DNA of 64,000 nucleotides from Stylophora pistillata (Eukaryota): NCBI RefSeq assembly GCF_002571385.2, contig NW_019218103.1, positions 305,492 to 369,491 of the forward strand, read 5' to 3'. Shown piece by piece: positions 52,201 to 64,000 of this stretch (position 1 is its first letter; each line of letters starts with the position of its first letter). The notes under the pieces were generated by a model. It saw only the letters and a program-made list of their open reading frames with translations, ran no database searches and was not told where the DNA came from. The position numbers and the translations under genes were made by a program.

Positions 52201-54960
52201 TATTATGTACGTTGAGCTCCCTACGGGCCCACAAACTGTCGGGGGCTCTTTATCAAATGAATTTTATACAGAATATTTGCGACATGTTCTGAGCCTGCTC
52301 CTTTTTTTTTTTCGGTTATCTTATTCTACATAAGGTATTCGTTGGGATAAAACTCCCTGTCTGTTCTGATTCGGATTGAGATACGCGGCATCCCAACAGT
52401 TAGTGCGCGTGCACTTGACTTCAGGTGGAGAGGTCTGGGTTCGAAAACTGGCTGGGTCACTAAGCAATAAGACACTTAATTCTCAAAGGGGTAACAGCGA
52501 ACTGTTAGAGAATCTTAATGAAATGCTTGTGGGGGGAGGGAAGGGGGACTGGTATCTAACCAAGGGGGAGTAACAATCGGCTTCTGATGTAGGATCTTCG
52601 AAAAGTGGCCAGCGCTAATCCAGAATAAGTCATCAACCCTTTCCTTAGATTCTGTTGTCTAAAAGCGTTTGACAGAGCGAAGGTTCTGAGGGGTTTAGTT
52701 TGGTGTTACAAAAAAAACCTGAAGGAAATAAAGTAGCGGTTGCTCAACTGGCTACAAATGAATTAACCTGAGATAAACAATGTGCCCTAACCTTGGGTTT
52801 AATCAATCTTCTATTGAATACCTCAGCTCTAGCTTATAGTTGCTTCATCTTACGGAAACTGGAGTACCATATGGCTAAATGGGCGACTAGACTCAAAAGC
52901 AAACTTTTCAATTATTGATAAAATTTGCATCATCAAGAAAGGGCCTTATGCATGCTAAAAAGATAGGACGGGTTCGGGTTAATAAAATGAGATAGTGCAT
53001 AAATATTTTGGAATTTCAAAACTGTGGAAACATACCTGTGAACAGCGCAGCTCAGGATCGACAAGCCGCTTTTTTTTACGTGAGGGGCTTTTTATAATAA
53101 AATTTTTCAAGATGTCCCTCATCTAAATAAAACCTGCACAATGGCCTGGGCTTTTATCAGAGTAAACAAAGTGACTGAACTAAATGAACTGAAAAACATT
53201 AGTTTTGACTACATTCATTTTTGCACAAAAGTGGCGGTAATGTACCAAATACGGGCGTAGGAAACAGGCCGCAAATTTGAAATGTGTTCATTTACTCTGA
53301 ATTCTGGCTGCTATCACTAGAAAGGTCGACACATCATACGACTGAAATATAATCGATAATCTGTCCATTAAGACTTCCCTTCCAGTCAAAGCAGTTGATG
53401 TTCATTGCTTGTGTTTTATTTCTATTTGTTTATGTTAGCGTCTACAAAGGAAGTTTTTCACATTAAGGTCGCCAAACTAATGGTCTAGTGTTTGAAACAA
53501 CTGAAAATTTCGAAGAATAAAAATGATAAACTTCCGTAACAATACATTCGCTACAATTCTACGCGATTAGATAAAATCAAAGGGAAGGGTTTCTGATCCC
53601 TCATCTTAAATAATTCATGTCCTGAGCAAGGTCACATTGGTAAAAAAAAAAATTGTCAAGAAGACACTTGAGAAATTATATTTTTCCTTAGAAAAGTCAG
53701 TTCCAAATGGAAGTATGAGTGCGTCAAAGCTATCAAATATGATTAACGAAGATATCTTTGTCCTCAGAATCAGATATTACAAGGCTTATGGATTAAAATG
53801 ATTTTGAAAACTCAATTCGGTTAATCTGTTTTGCCTGTAAATTGAGAGGAAATTGATCCCGCCTAAATCAATGGAGTAAGATATGATCTTTAAAAAACAT
53901 TTTCCCTAATGAAACGCGAACTCTGACCAGCGGGAGTTCTGTTTCGAACGAAAACCGGAGGTGGGTAAGAGAAAATAAATTCTAAAGAAAATTTCATTAT
54001 ATCTGATTAATTAAAAGTTCGAGAATGAGTTTCAATTAGCCTTTCTCCTCAACACTTGGCGATATGAGACTATTCTGTTGATAAGTTTTTTGATGATAGT
54101 TAATCTCCGAATTTTATCCGATTCTTACCTTTTCCCCCTAAAATAAAAAAAAAAGATGTTTAGCTTGATTACGCGATGACAATAATATAGTGAGAAGCAT
54201 CCATTGTAATTGAAAGTGATACTCGAGACCTCTAACAGCCTCAGTTACCCACATATCCTGTCTTTGTATGGCTCGCCTGCATTAACATAAAAACCCTTAA
54301 AACCGCACTCAAGAAGCGTAAGTGCCTACATGGGTAAAGTTCAGTATCGGTTAAGCCATAGAGGAAGCGTAAAAGAAAAAAGACAAAATAAAAAAAGACT
54401 GCTCGTATTTTAATAAATTTTCCGATGTCACACTTTTTGTTAGCGCCATTCAGTGGCTGATATCGCAATCATTGACGGTCGTGTCAAAATATGTTGATCT
54501 TTTTCCTAGAAAATTATTCCAACGCGCTGAGGGATTTATTAGCAAGCAAGGGATGTGTAATCTGGAGATTAGCTTCTCATAGAACTCAATGCCGCCTACG
54601 TCAAATAAAAGATAATTAAATAAATGCGACGCCAGGACGAGCAATAACAGATGACACCAAACTAGTTTATTTTCCAAATTCTATAGGCTTTTAAGATAGT
54701 GTAACTTGTGGAAATTGACTGAAAAGTATCTTTGTGGCGGGCCAAATGCGTTAATGTAACGGAAACCTAATTAAATGTGTTATGAATGACATCTTATCGA
54801 CCAACATACGCAGGTGTTGCCGAAATCTCCGGAAGAGTATAAAATGAAGCTTAATTTAACCAAAAACAACCAGCGTCTAAGGCTGTCACCAATTGGGATT
54901 CTTGAAATCTGATCTGTAAGAGCGAAACTTTCCTTGCTTTGCATCAGAAACTGAAAAGAA

Positions 54961-57900
54961 ATGGTACTTAGAGGACTCCTTCTGATGTTCATCTTGAGCT
55001 CGATATGTTGTGAGTATGGTTTCAGTTCATCGGATATTTACTCTCCCTACTTAAAATAACGATACAATCTATCTTTCATAATGAGAAAATGGCTAAAATA
55101 CCCTAACTTGGCATCGCTTTGCGGAATTTGTTTCATTTTATCGATTTTCTAAAATCATAAGATAAATCGCCTCATGAAAAAAATGCTCATGACGATAGTA
55201 GAAATTCACGATCACGAAACGTAACGAAGCGCAACGTAGATCACTTTTTGTGATCACACGCTGCGAGTTGGTGTTGACGTGCTGTTTCCTAAAGTAAATT
55301 TAAGGTTGCAATTTCAGGTTTGTTAGTTCCCTACGCCACGCTGATGTGTCGCTTCTGATTTATGAAATTATATGTTACTCTTTGTCTTCTTCACATGTCG
55401 CACTGCCTCTGAGTCGCTGCATGTCTCGAGGCGCTTCGTCAGTCATGACATCTGTTAGTACAAGGCAATAACTTAATTCGGATGACTTTATGTATGAACT
55501 GAGTAGACTTCATAAAATGACAGAAGATAATCATGACTTTTCTATGATAATAGAAACGAAAACGAACCTAGGACACCGTCAAGACCTTTGCATCATCATG
55601 AAGAAATATATTTTTTTTGCAATGGTTCATTTATAGTCAGCTCGAAAGATAATGAAGACGCTCAAAAATTCAGTTGCAGTCCAAACTCAGGACCACTGTA
55701 TCTTAGGTCTTGCAAATGCAGTGGTGGACCAGACAACTAAAAAAAACACGAAAAAATCATCTACATTTTGTTAACGACTCTCTTGCCCATCCTTACTGTC
55801 CAGTTGGGCTACATTTTCAGAAGCATGGAAGGGGGTCTATGAACAGACAATAATTAGCGAAAAATTTAAACGAACCAAGCAAAAAAATCTTTTCGACAAT
55901 TTTTCCTCTAACATTAAAAAAAAATTCTTTATTTGCTAGTACATTGTTCCAACGATTCTAGCCGCGAACAGCTGAAAATATGAAACAATGTTTCAAGTTT
56001 TTTCGGCTCCATCTTGAATAATTCATGAATGCTTTTCAAAGCAATTAAGCAAATTGCTCGCAAATCAGTAACAAGAAACATACAGTTTTGGCTAATTACT
56101 TAGAAATACTTTGTGAAAAATTAAACAAACATTGAACGAGTGTTACCTTTTAAGATTTTGAGTTTACCCAGATAAGGAAATTGAATTAAATTGATTACTT
56201 TTTCAATTGGAAGTTTCTCATTTAGATACATTTTAGGAGTGGAAAAGAGTATTGAGACAACTGACCGCGATCATTCCACAACTAATTTAGAAAAAGAAGA
56301 CTATTGGTGAGGCATAAATGTTCGTTAAACATTTATATCGTAGAAAAATACTTTTGATAATTTCATCGATAAAGAATGCGTGGCAAGTCAACTGGAAAAT
56401 TTCAGAACGCCATTCTTTATGGTAACACACAATTACTAGCAAAGTTCGGTTCATAATAAATTGACAAACGAACGCTCCAACTAGAATTATAACATAACTA
56501 AAGCAGAGCGCGCGCTCTGATTGGTTAATTCAGGATCTACTATTTGCCCATGGGTGCATGCTGCTGACGTGAGCAAATGCTAAGACTATTTTTCCGCGCG
56601 CGCTTGTTTTTTCTGATCACGTAAGATTTGTTAAATAAAAGGGAACTCTTGATCCAATGTATCAATTTTATGTTATAAAACAAATGGTGAACGCCAGAGC
56701 GTGTACTATTGAGTTATGGATGCACTTGGGGGGTTTGCTAAGCACTCAAGAAGCTAGAATCGCACTTACGCTTCTTTCGTGCTTAGCAACCTTCCGCATG
56801 CATCCATAACTCAATAGTACACGCTATGGCGTTCACCATTTGTTAATTGAGGAGCACTGGAAGACATGCACTTTCGTGAAAGTAGTGCCGACTCGCCCTA
56901 GCGAAAACGGTGTATGTCTGCGGTTTACTGTAACAGCCTGACCCAGTCTCTTCTGAATGACGCGGTTGATCATAAATGGGATTCACGAGAAAGAGCTGAA
57001 AACGAACGCCTAGGACGGATTTAAACATTTTACGTATTGTATACCTTATATATAGCACATTGATGTATTCCAAAAACCTGAGTCAAAGACTTTTGGTGCT
57101 CGTGTATCATGATCTTAGGAACTGAATCGACTTCTGATAGAACTACTCCATACTTACTGAATGTTATCCCATGACAAATTTTTCGTGCAGACGATCTAGT
57201 TTAAAAATTAGACTCAAACTTCTAAACAAAGAATCGCAATTTCATTAAGGGTAATTTTTGTGATAACATAACAAAATGTAAATGTGTTTATGGTTATGAG
57301 GTAAATATAATCCGGAATAGAACAATGTCAACACAGTTCGAAAATTATTTAAATAACAACGGCAAAAAATACTACAAACCATTTTCACTGAGCAAGTTTA
57401 TTAAAAAAAAAAAAAACAAAACAAGTATCATGTCCCTTTTTTCAGTGGCAGTTCCTGTCTGGGAGAAGCGAGAGATGCGACGGAAAGATGGTGAGTGCAG
57501 CACATTGACTTCGTAAAAACCAAAACCAAAGTAATCAAAAGAGCGAATTAAAACAGTCATGGTTTTAACACCAAGACAAGGCTTCAAACTTGGGACTGCA
57601 ACCGCCCGTGGAAAATCACGAGTGGCTTTAATTTTGCATCTGCTTGGTTGAGAGAGATTGGCAAGGGCGCCTGTTTTTATCGCGTCACAGACTGACAAAG
57701 TACAGCAATCCCAATTACCTTTCGACACACAACAGAATATTGCTTTAAAATTATAAACAGTTTGTAATTAATTCTCCTTATCAAGTAAAGCCGGTTAAAC
57801 AATGCGCTCGAGTGACAAATGAGTTCTTTCATTTCCACTTGAAAAAATGCGTACTAGGACTATTTTGTCTTCACTTGGTTTATGTGAGTGATTTATGTGA

Positions 57901-58564
57901 AATCATAATTATAGTTAAAAAAAAATTAAGCCCCATAGATTTTTAAAGAGAGTGGTAATGAGCCATGATAACGACCTGCTGAGTATAGGGAGCGAAACTT
58001 TTATGAGTTGACAGCTAAAGAAAAACACAAAAAGTGGGTCGATAAGACAAACCTGGGGTAACAACATGACGAGTTTAGTCCGAAGGTTCAAACTTTAAGG
58101 TCTCTTCCCCGACAACAACGACTGATATGGGTTTAAGGGCGGATTAAAACTCGTAGATCATTTACTCCCGCATAACTTTGCTACAGCTGTGCCTATCCTT
58201 GTTCGGGATTTCAACGTGAAGAGAAAATTTCCTAGAGCGGTCGAGTTTGGTTCAGATAGACAGGTTAGACTTTAAGTATCTCTTTTCGTTTTAGCTACCA
58301 GTTGTGGAGCTGATGTGATACGACAGATGGCTAAATTTGGTCTCGACACATCTAAGTTACAGTGCTCCACCCAAACAAGAGGTAAGCTATATTACTTTGG
58401 ATTGAAATGCCATCTTACGTGTGCCCATCATTTTGTTTTGGTCGATATCAAAGTGGACCTCATTTCTTTTATTCCCAGTCCGTCGCGGTTGTTGTGCGGC
58501 CGAGTGTGTTTGGATGGCAAAGGAACTAGGAGTGGAACCCAGTTCCCTCATCTGCCCCACATGA
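54961..58564 (+). CDS. Novel 88-aa secreted cysteine-containing prepropeptide (4 coding exons)
   Basis: Exons 54961-55009, 57446-57490, 58295-58381, 58479-58564, all phase 1, with pyrimidine-tract AG acceptors and GTGAGT/GTGAGT/GTAAGC donors. Product: MVLRGLLLMFILSSICLAVPVWEKREMRRKDATSCGADVIRQMAKFGLDTSKLQCSTQTRVRRGCCAAECVWMAKELGVEPSSLICPT*. Confidence 0.75.
56487..56845. mobile_element. MITE-like repeat with a ~165-bp palindromic end, inside an intron of the peptide gene
   Basis: AACAAATGGTGAACGCC ... GGCGTTCACCATTTGTT arms at about 56678-56844. Homologous to 27348-27753. Confidence 0.75.
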
Positions 58565-59523
58565 GCAAATAAACCAACCAACGGAAAGTTTTATCGACGA
58601 TTGACCATTGATTTAACTACCTGAGTACATGTACGCTCATTATTCTTAAGTTTGGCTAGTTTGGATTTTTGTATTTTAATTCGTGGTCTAATACGGCGTT
58701 AAATGAAAAAGAGCACGGATAACTTTAGGCATTGTACAGGGAGTCTTCATGTAAAACTTCATTTTACTTTTTCTTTTACAATTTTTTTTTTCTTGTATAG
58801 CTAAGGCGAGTAATGATTTTCTTTCCTACAGTAGAAAAAAATTAAATTAAATCAAATGAATAGAGGATAAGTGAATCAATTTAATACAAAAAGTAGAAAG
58901 CAGACACAGTATAATTAGAGCAGTTGAAGGAACTTTATTCAAAGTAAGCGAACTGTTTTTTCATTGGAATCGAAGAGTGAGATTCCAAGAGATATGTTGA
59001 GTTAAGTTCAAGAAGTTTAGATATGAACAAAATGGAAATAAACACTACCAAATTACAATTACGAGTCCTTCAAAATCGAAAGATAACCGTGACATGTGCG
59101 TTCTTTTGATATTCTAATACATTTCCTACATTAAAAAGTATTCTTAAATTTAGAGTATTCACACTCGTTTAAATAGTCCCCCCGGCTCCGCTTTAAAAAC
59201 GACGCTGATGCAACCTGACTTCTATTAGAGGAAATAGGTTTTGCAAACGATACCAAGTTCCCTCAAATCGTGTCGAAACCATTTTACGATTCTCATTGTT
59301 GTATAATTTGACCATCTTGAATGGCATAGCGTCATTCTACAGTCACCATGTCACCTAATCATTTTTGATTATCGAACCTCCAGAGGTTAACCAGCATAGC
59401 AATTCATTGACGAAAGTCAGCCGTTGGTCTTTTAATTGGACAAACTAATAACCTTGGTCCTGATTGGCTCAGTATGATCCCATGTGATTTACCGCTTGGA
59501 CGACATTTCATGTCAAGAGCGCG

Positions 59524-62500
59524 TCACCACTTTATGTTCAGTGCTGTGTTCAGTTTTTCCACCTCGTGATAGTTGGTGTGAAGCATCTCTTTTGCCTGAC
59601 ATAAATAACAAGGATTTGAAGAACAAGTTGTGTTAAAAAGACCCCACTACAACTGACTTTTTGCAATGTACTTCATCAGCTTGCAGCTCTGAAATTTGTG
59701 TCGTAACACTTGTGCACGCGATGTTAATGAGGCAAGTACGCTCTTAATGCTTTCAATGCTCTCACACTTCCCATGTTTTGCGAAAAAATGTAAAACAGAA
59801 ATGTTTCCTGAATCACTTGCCTCTCATTTCTCTCCAATTCAAACAAAAAAGAGCAAATAACATAAAAAAACACGGAAACCAGTTTGATTAAGAAATCCAG
59901 GTAGTAGAAAGCTAACAAGTTACCCGGTCCCACCCATTCTGTTCTTTGACGTTCGTTCCAACATATAAAACATGTTCAACTTTCAAATGCTACCTTAGCA
60001 CAATAACAATTCTAATATGATTCTGTTACATATTTGAACATGTTTGACAAACCCTATCCTTTTGAGCCTTTGGGTTCGTTAACTCATCCTTGATATATCT
60101 ACATGTATATACTATATGAAAAAAACTACGTTTTCACACCTTTTGAGAAGATTCTCCACCGAGCCACTCTCTAAAACATGGAACAAACAACAACTTCAAA
60201 AAGACCACATCATAACATCTTATCGTTTATTTCATTACTAGTCTGGGAGTTTCCATCATTCAAACAAGGTCAAGCTGAAGAATTAAGACTTAAGATTATT
60301 TGTTTACTCGGTTTGTTATACCATCATCTGCAAACAACAGTCTCTATAATTCTAAGTCGTCTCATTATACATACTATCCGTCTGTCTGAGGTAAGTTTGC
60401 CGATGCGCTCTATCCAAATGCAGTTAGCCGGTAGTTTTTTTATTGCATGCCATTCCATCGATATCACTCTTGGTTTACACTACACAGTGACTGCCAGCAC
60501 TCGTCACCAGACTTCCAGCGGGTAAAGACTAAGCAGTCGGGTCTCTCATTCGCGTAGATGCTACTAAGTCTAAATATATACAATCCAAACGTTTACTGAT
60601 CGTACTCACTTGTATAACTTTTCTACCGCTGGGTTTTCACTCGGCTTTCTTGATCTGGACAAAACAAAGGTATAGACAGTGTTAATAAGATTCAGGGGTA
60701 GCACCCTTGAGCGCAGTTACCAAACAAACAACAGTAGTTTTTCTCTGCAGGAAATTGTTTTCATGGGATTGAGTTAAACACGAAGGCGCGCTATAAAAGG
60801 AGCCTTAGGTCCCACTGGACCATTTGTCAATCAACCGTCGTGTGATGCAGAACTCTTACAGTCAAGTCAGCTTGAGCTACAGCTACTCCAAAGCAGTGAA
60901 CAGCGGGCGCATTCCTCAAAATTGTTTTATGTCTTCATCACAATACAAGAATTTTTGAGATTTGTATTTCCTTTCTCCAATGGAAACTGTCTTTACTTGT
61001 GGCGGTAAATTTGAGTTCGAAGTAGGTGGTTCGCACGTTACCTCATGCCACCATGCTGGTGGAAGTAAACAATAGATATCTCATAAGCTCCTTTTGTTCG
61101 TCTATCAGCATTTGAATTTGACCCGCACACGTCAACGGTGAGTGACAAATGAGCCTAGGTCTTCCCAGGGAAGACTTCCTTATATAGCGCGCCTTCGTGT
61201 TTAAGTAGTATTTCTGTTTGCATCACTAAGATAGAAAGCCTTCTCTAACGGTTGAGTGAGTTGTGTTTTATGAAGTGAGAAACTGCCCGAAGAAACACGA
61301 CAAAAGGTGACAGCGGCATGCTGCTAAGAAGGTAATGGAGGTTACCTCAGTGAATTGTAGAGTTCATCCAGTCTGCCTATTAGCTCTTTTGACGTTTCTC
61401 CATCCCCAGGCCTTATCTGACCACCTCCGTTGAGACAGCCTGGGAGAAACAAACAAAAGCAAACTCAAGCAAATGATCACAGATGTTTCGAAGTTTCTTA
61501 ATTTGGGGCCTTCTTGAAATGTTTGCCTCATCCAAATTACCTCTAGGGGAATTTGAAATCGAAGTTGACGTCCACTTTGACTGCTATCAAACAAACACGA
61601 CTGTGTTTCTCATTCCCACGCATTTTCCTTAACCAGGCAAAACCAATATTTCATTCCACTCGTGTCAATCAGGGATAATCAAACTGATTACAGTTTAACA
61701 AATAGTAATAATAATTTCGACACAAAACTCCTAGTAACCGGTTTACCCTGACTATGGTGGGGGGCTGGTTTCGTAAGTGTAAGCAGAAACAAGATAATGA
61801 GTTCATGAAACTCATAGCTCTTCCCGCCAAAGCTTATCCCAGTTTCCTCTTCCCTCCGCTACATTTCTTCACCTTTCTCTGACAGTTTGATGGTTATCAT
61901 TTATACTCCTGGGAAGAGAGAGGCAATGTAAGAACGAAGTGTCGCGCCAAAAAACACCGAACACAATTCCGTGGCCTGAGCTCGAACCCAGGCCCCTCGA
62001 TGCGGAGACTTCAAACTCACCCGCAGGGCATGCCATGACTTCCACAAAATGATATGGAGACTTTCCACGCTTTATTTTCTGAACAAGATTCTAAAATCAT
62101 TCACAAGAAATTTTAATAAGTATAATATATACAGTCTAGTAACAATTAAACAATTCGTATTAAACACTTCTATTTTACGCCTAGCGTTTACATATTTCCA
62201 TATTTTATCGCTTTTATCATTCCCACGTCTTGAATTTAGTACATATATGTAAAAATTTTCCTTTTCATCAGCTTGAAAATAACCTCAGCGAGGTCGAAAC
62301 GTCGTTCAAAATTATTATCACAAATTTTTATCTTGAAAAGCTCGTATAAGCTAACCTGGATATTCCGAAAACCGTAAGCTGCTGCAAATTTAAGGACTTC
62401 TTGACCATCCACCTGATGAGTAAAAACTTGGACTTTATTACCTCGCCCACAGAGGCAATCAATACAACACAAATGAGAACGTGGCAGGAGATGAAATTCA

Positions 62501-64000
62501 ATGCTGATGCTGCTGCAGCATCCAACTACGAGAAGGGACCGCTCATTATTCAACACGGGGAGGGAGCTTGGGGTGGGGGGGAGAGTTTGGAGGATTTTGC
62601 CAAATAATTTTACCTAATCCCCCTGAAGGCTCTGTAGTATTCTAATGATTCCGCCCCCCTCATTGGGAGTCAATTTCCTATAGTCCCCTCCCTTAATAAT
62701 CTGTTCGTGACGACTGGTCCTTCCCGCACCCCCTGAAAACCATGTAATTCCCCCACCAAAAGAAGTCCCTTCCCAAGCCATAATAACTGGTCACTAATGT
62801 TAATGAGTAGAGTCACGTCAAGCACCTTGCAAAAAGGATGTTGGAAAAAAAAAAACGTAAATCAATTGCCAAACGCCCAATTAAGAGGTGAAAACAAACG
62901 TAGGCTGCCATTACCTGCAAGGTCACTTCCTTAAAGTCCTTGTTTCTTAGAGTCTTGTAAGTTATGTTGTCAACAGTCTGACCATACAACTGAGAAAAAT
63001 GACACGTGTGAACGCCACTTAAAAATACCAGTCGGTAAACAACCATGAATTATCAATTATTAAGTCAAATTGCACAGGTCACTTTCAATCGTGCTTTTCC
63101 AAGTTGAAGGAAGTATACAAGAAGTCCTAAAAGTAGACCTATAGTTGCTTCTTGATAAAATTCTGACGCTATGTCCAGTGAAAAAAGGACAGAGGTAGGT
63201 AATCAAGGTTATTGGAGGTCTGCGGGAAAATTTCCCCTTTCCCAAATCCTTAAATCGGCTCCAAGCCGAATAAGTTTGTTAATGTGTAGTGTCACAAATC
63301 CTCTCAGCATTTGCTTATCACACTGTGAAAATATCACAGAAAACTTGCAAAGATGAAAAAGAATCAACATTCCGTGAAATAAAGATCGATAAGTAGAAAC
63401 CAATCGAATCGAGCAGGCCAAAACAAACCAATTTTGATAAAGACAGTAAAAACATTTTATTTGGTATCCTTGTAAATTGTTTTCTGATACTTGCCTCCTT
63501 GGCAGCGTAAGTAAAGATGTTCTCTAGAAAGCCACCCTGCAATATATAATAATTAAACATAATTTACTTTTAAGTTACACTAAAAATAGGACCAGACCTT
63601 GTGATCAAAACGGGATGGTTTGTTGATATCTCGGTCAGGGATGTGACTCAAAGGTAAAGCTAGCCTACAAAGACACGTGGTTTTAGAAAAAGTTTTGCTT
63701 ATTCTGATTCAGAAAACTTTGATCCATGCAACATAGAAAATAAATATATACAGTAACAAATACATAAAACAGTAATAAACATCTCACCGAGCCACCCCCA
63801 GAATGGCCTACAAGTTCTTCTTGATCAACACTTGAAAACCTGAAACATCCAGAAGAACAACTCGGTTACCCTTGAAAAAATGTTTGTAACAACGTAAAAG
63901 TAGCATGTCTTAAAAGAGCGCGAACTCACAACTGGTCCAGTTCAGCATTCTCGAGCTCAGCAAAGTTCACCCTCTTTTCTTCAAACATTTTCTCCAGTTC
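59524..64000 (-). CDS. CIAO3: Cytosolic Fe-S assembly component 3 (NARFL/IOP1/Nar1), last 10 exons; 5' part lies outside the window
   Basis: Exons: 64000-63930, 63839-63788, 63536-63495, 62989-62915, 62412-62356, 62090-62021, 61439-61346, 60654-60610, 60170-60140, 59595-59524. Motifs [55 protein letters not shown] and a C-terminal IKW*. Confidence 0.93.

Noticed and set aside
58315-58572. 85-aa single-exon ORF from the track
   Set aside because: It reads through the 58382-58478 intron and puts the last exon in the wrong frame. The spliced model explains the region better.
59524-64000. [FeFe]-hydrogenase or a horizontally acquired gene
   Set aside because: [15 protein letters not shown] with YGFRNIQ and a C-terminal Trp in an intron-rich gene is ordinary eukaryotic Nar1/CIAO3.

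Overview
AT-rich, intron-rich animal genomic DNA with five N-gaps. The repeat families suggest a cnidarian, probably a stony coral (inference). Three recognisable spliced genes: (1) a VLDLR/LDLR-type lipoprotein receptor (+, 10635-21771, 16 exons, 983 aa: signal peptide, 8 LDLa, EGF-EGF-YWTD-EGF, O-linked stalk, TM, tail without NPxY); (2) COPB1 coatomer beta (+, 33967-48771, 27 exons); (3) the 3' part of CIAO3/NARFL (-, 59524 to past 64000). The receptor's 5' end is present in three direct copies plus an inverted promoter copy, and relics of further receptor copies lie downstream. The main finding is a fourth gene that the ORF track does not assemble: four small exons at 54961-58564 (+) splice in frame into an 88-aa prepropeptide. 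It has a signal peptide, KR/RRK and RVRR cleavage sites, and two mutually homologous Cys-x19-Cys peptides with an insulin-like cysteine order. The window also holds two IS3EU-like elements with intact 6-bp TSDs, nested MITEs, SINEs, minisatellites and two GC-AG introns. All gene models were assembled by eye and no database search was run.
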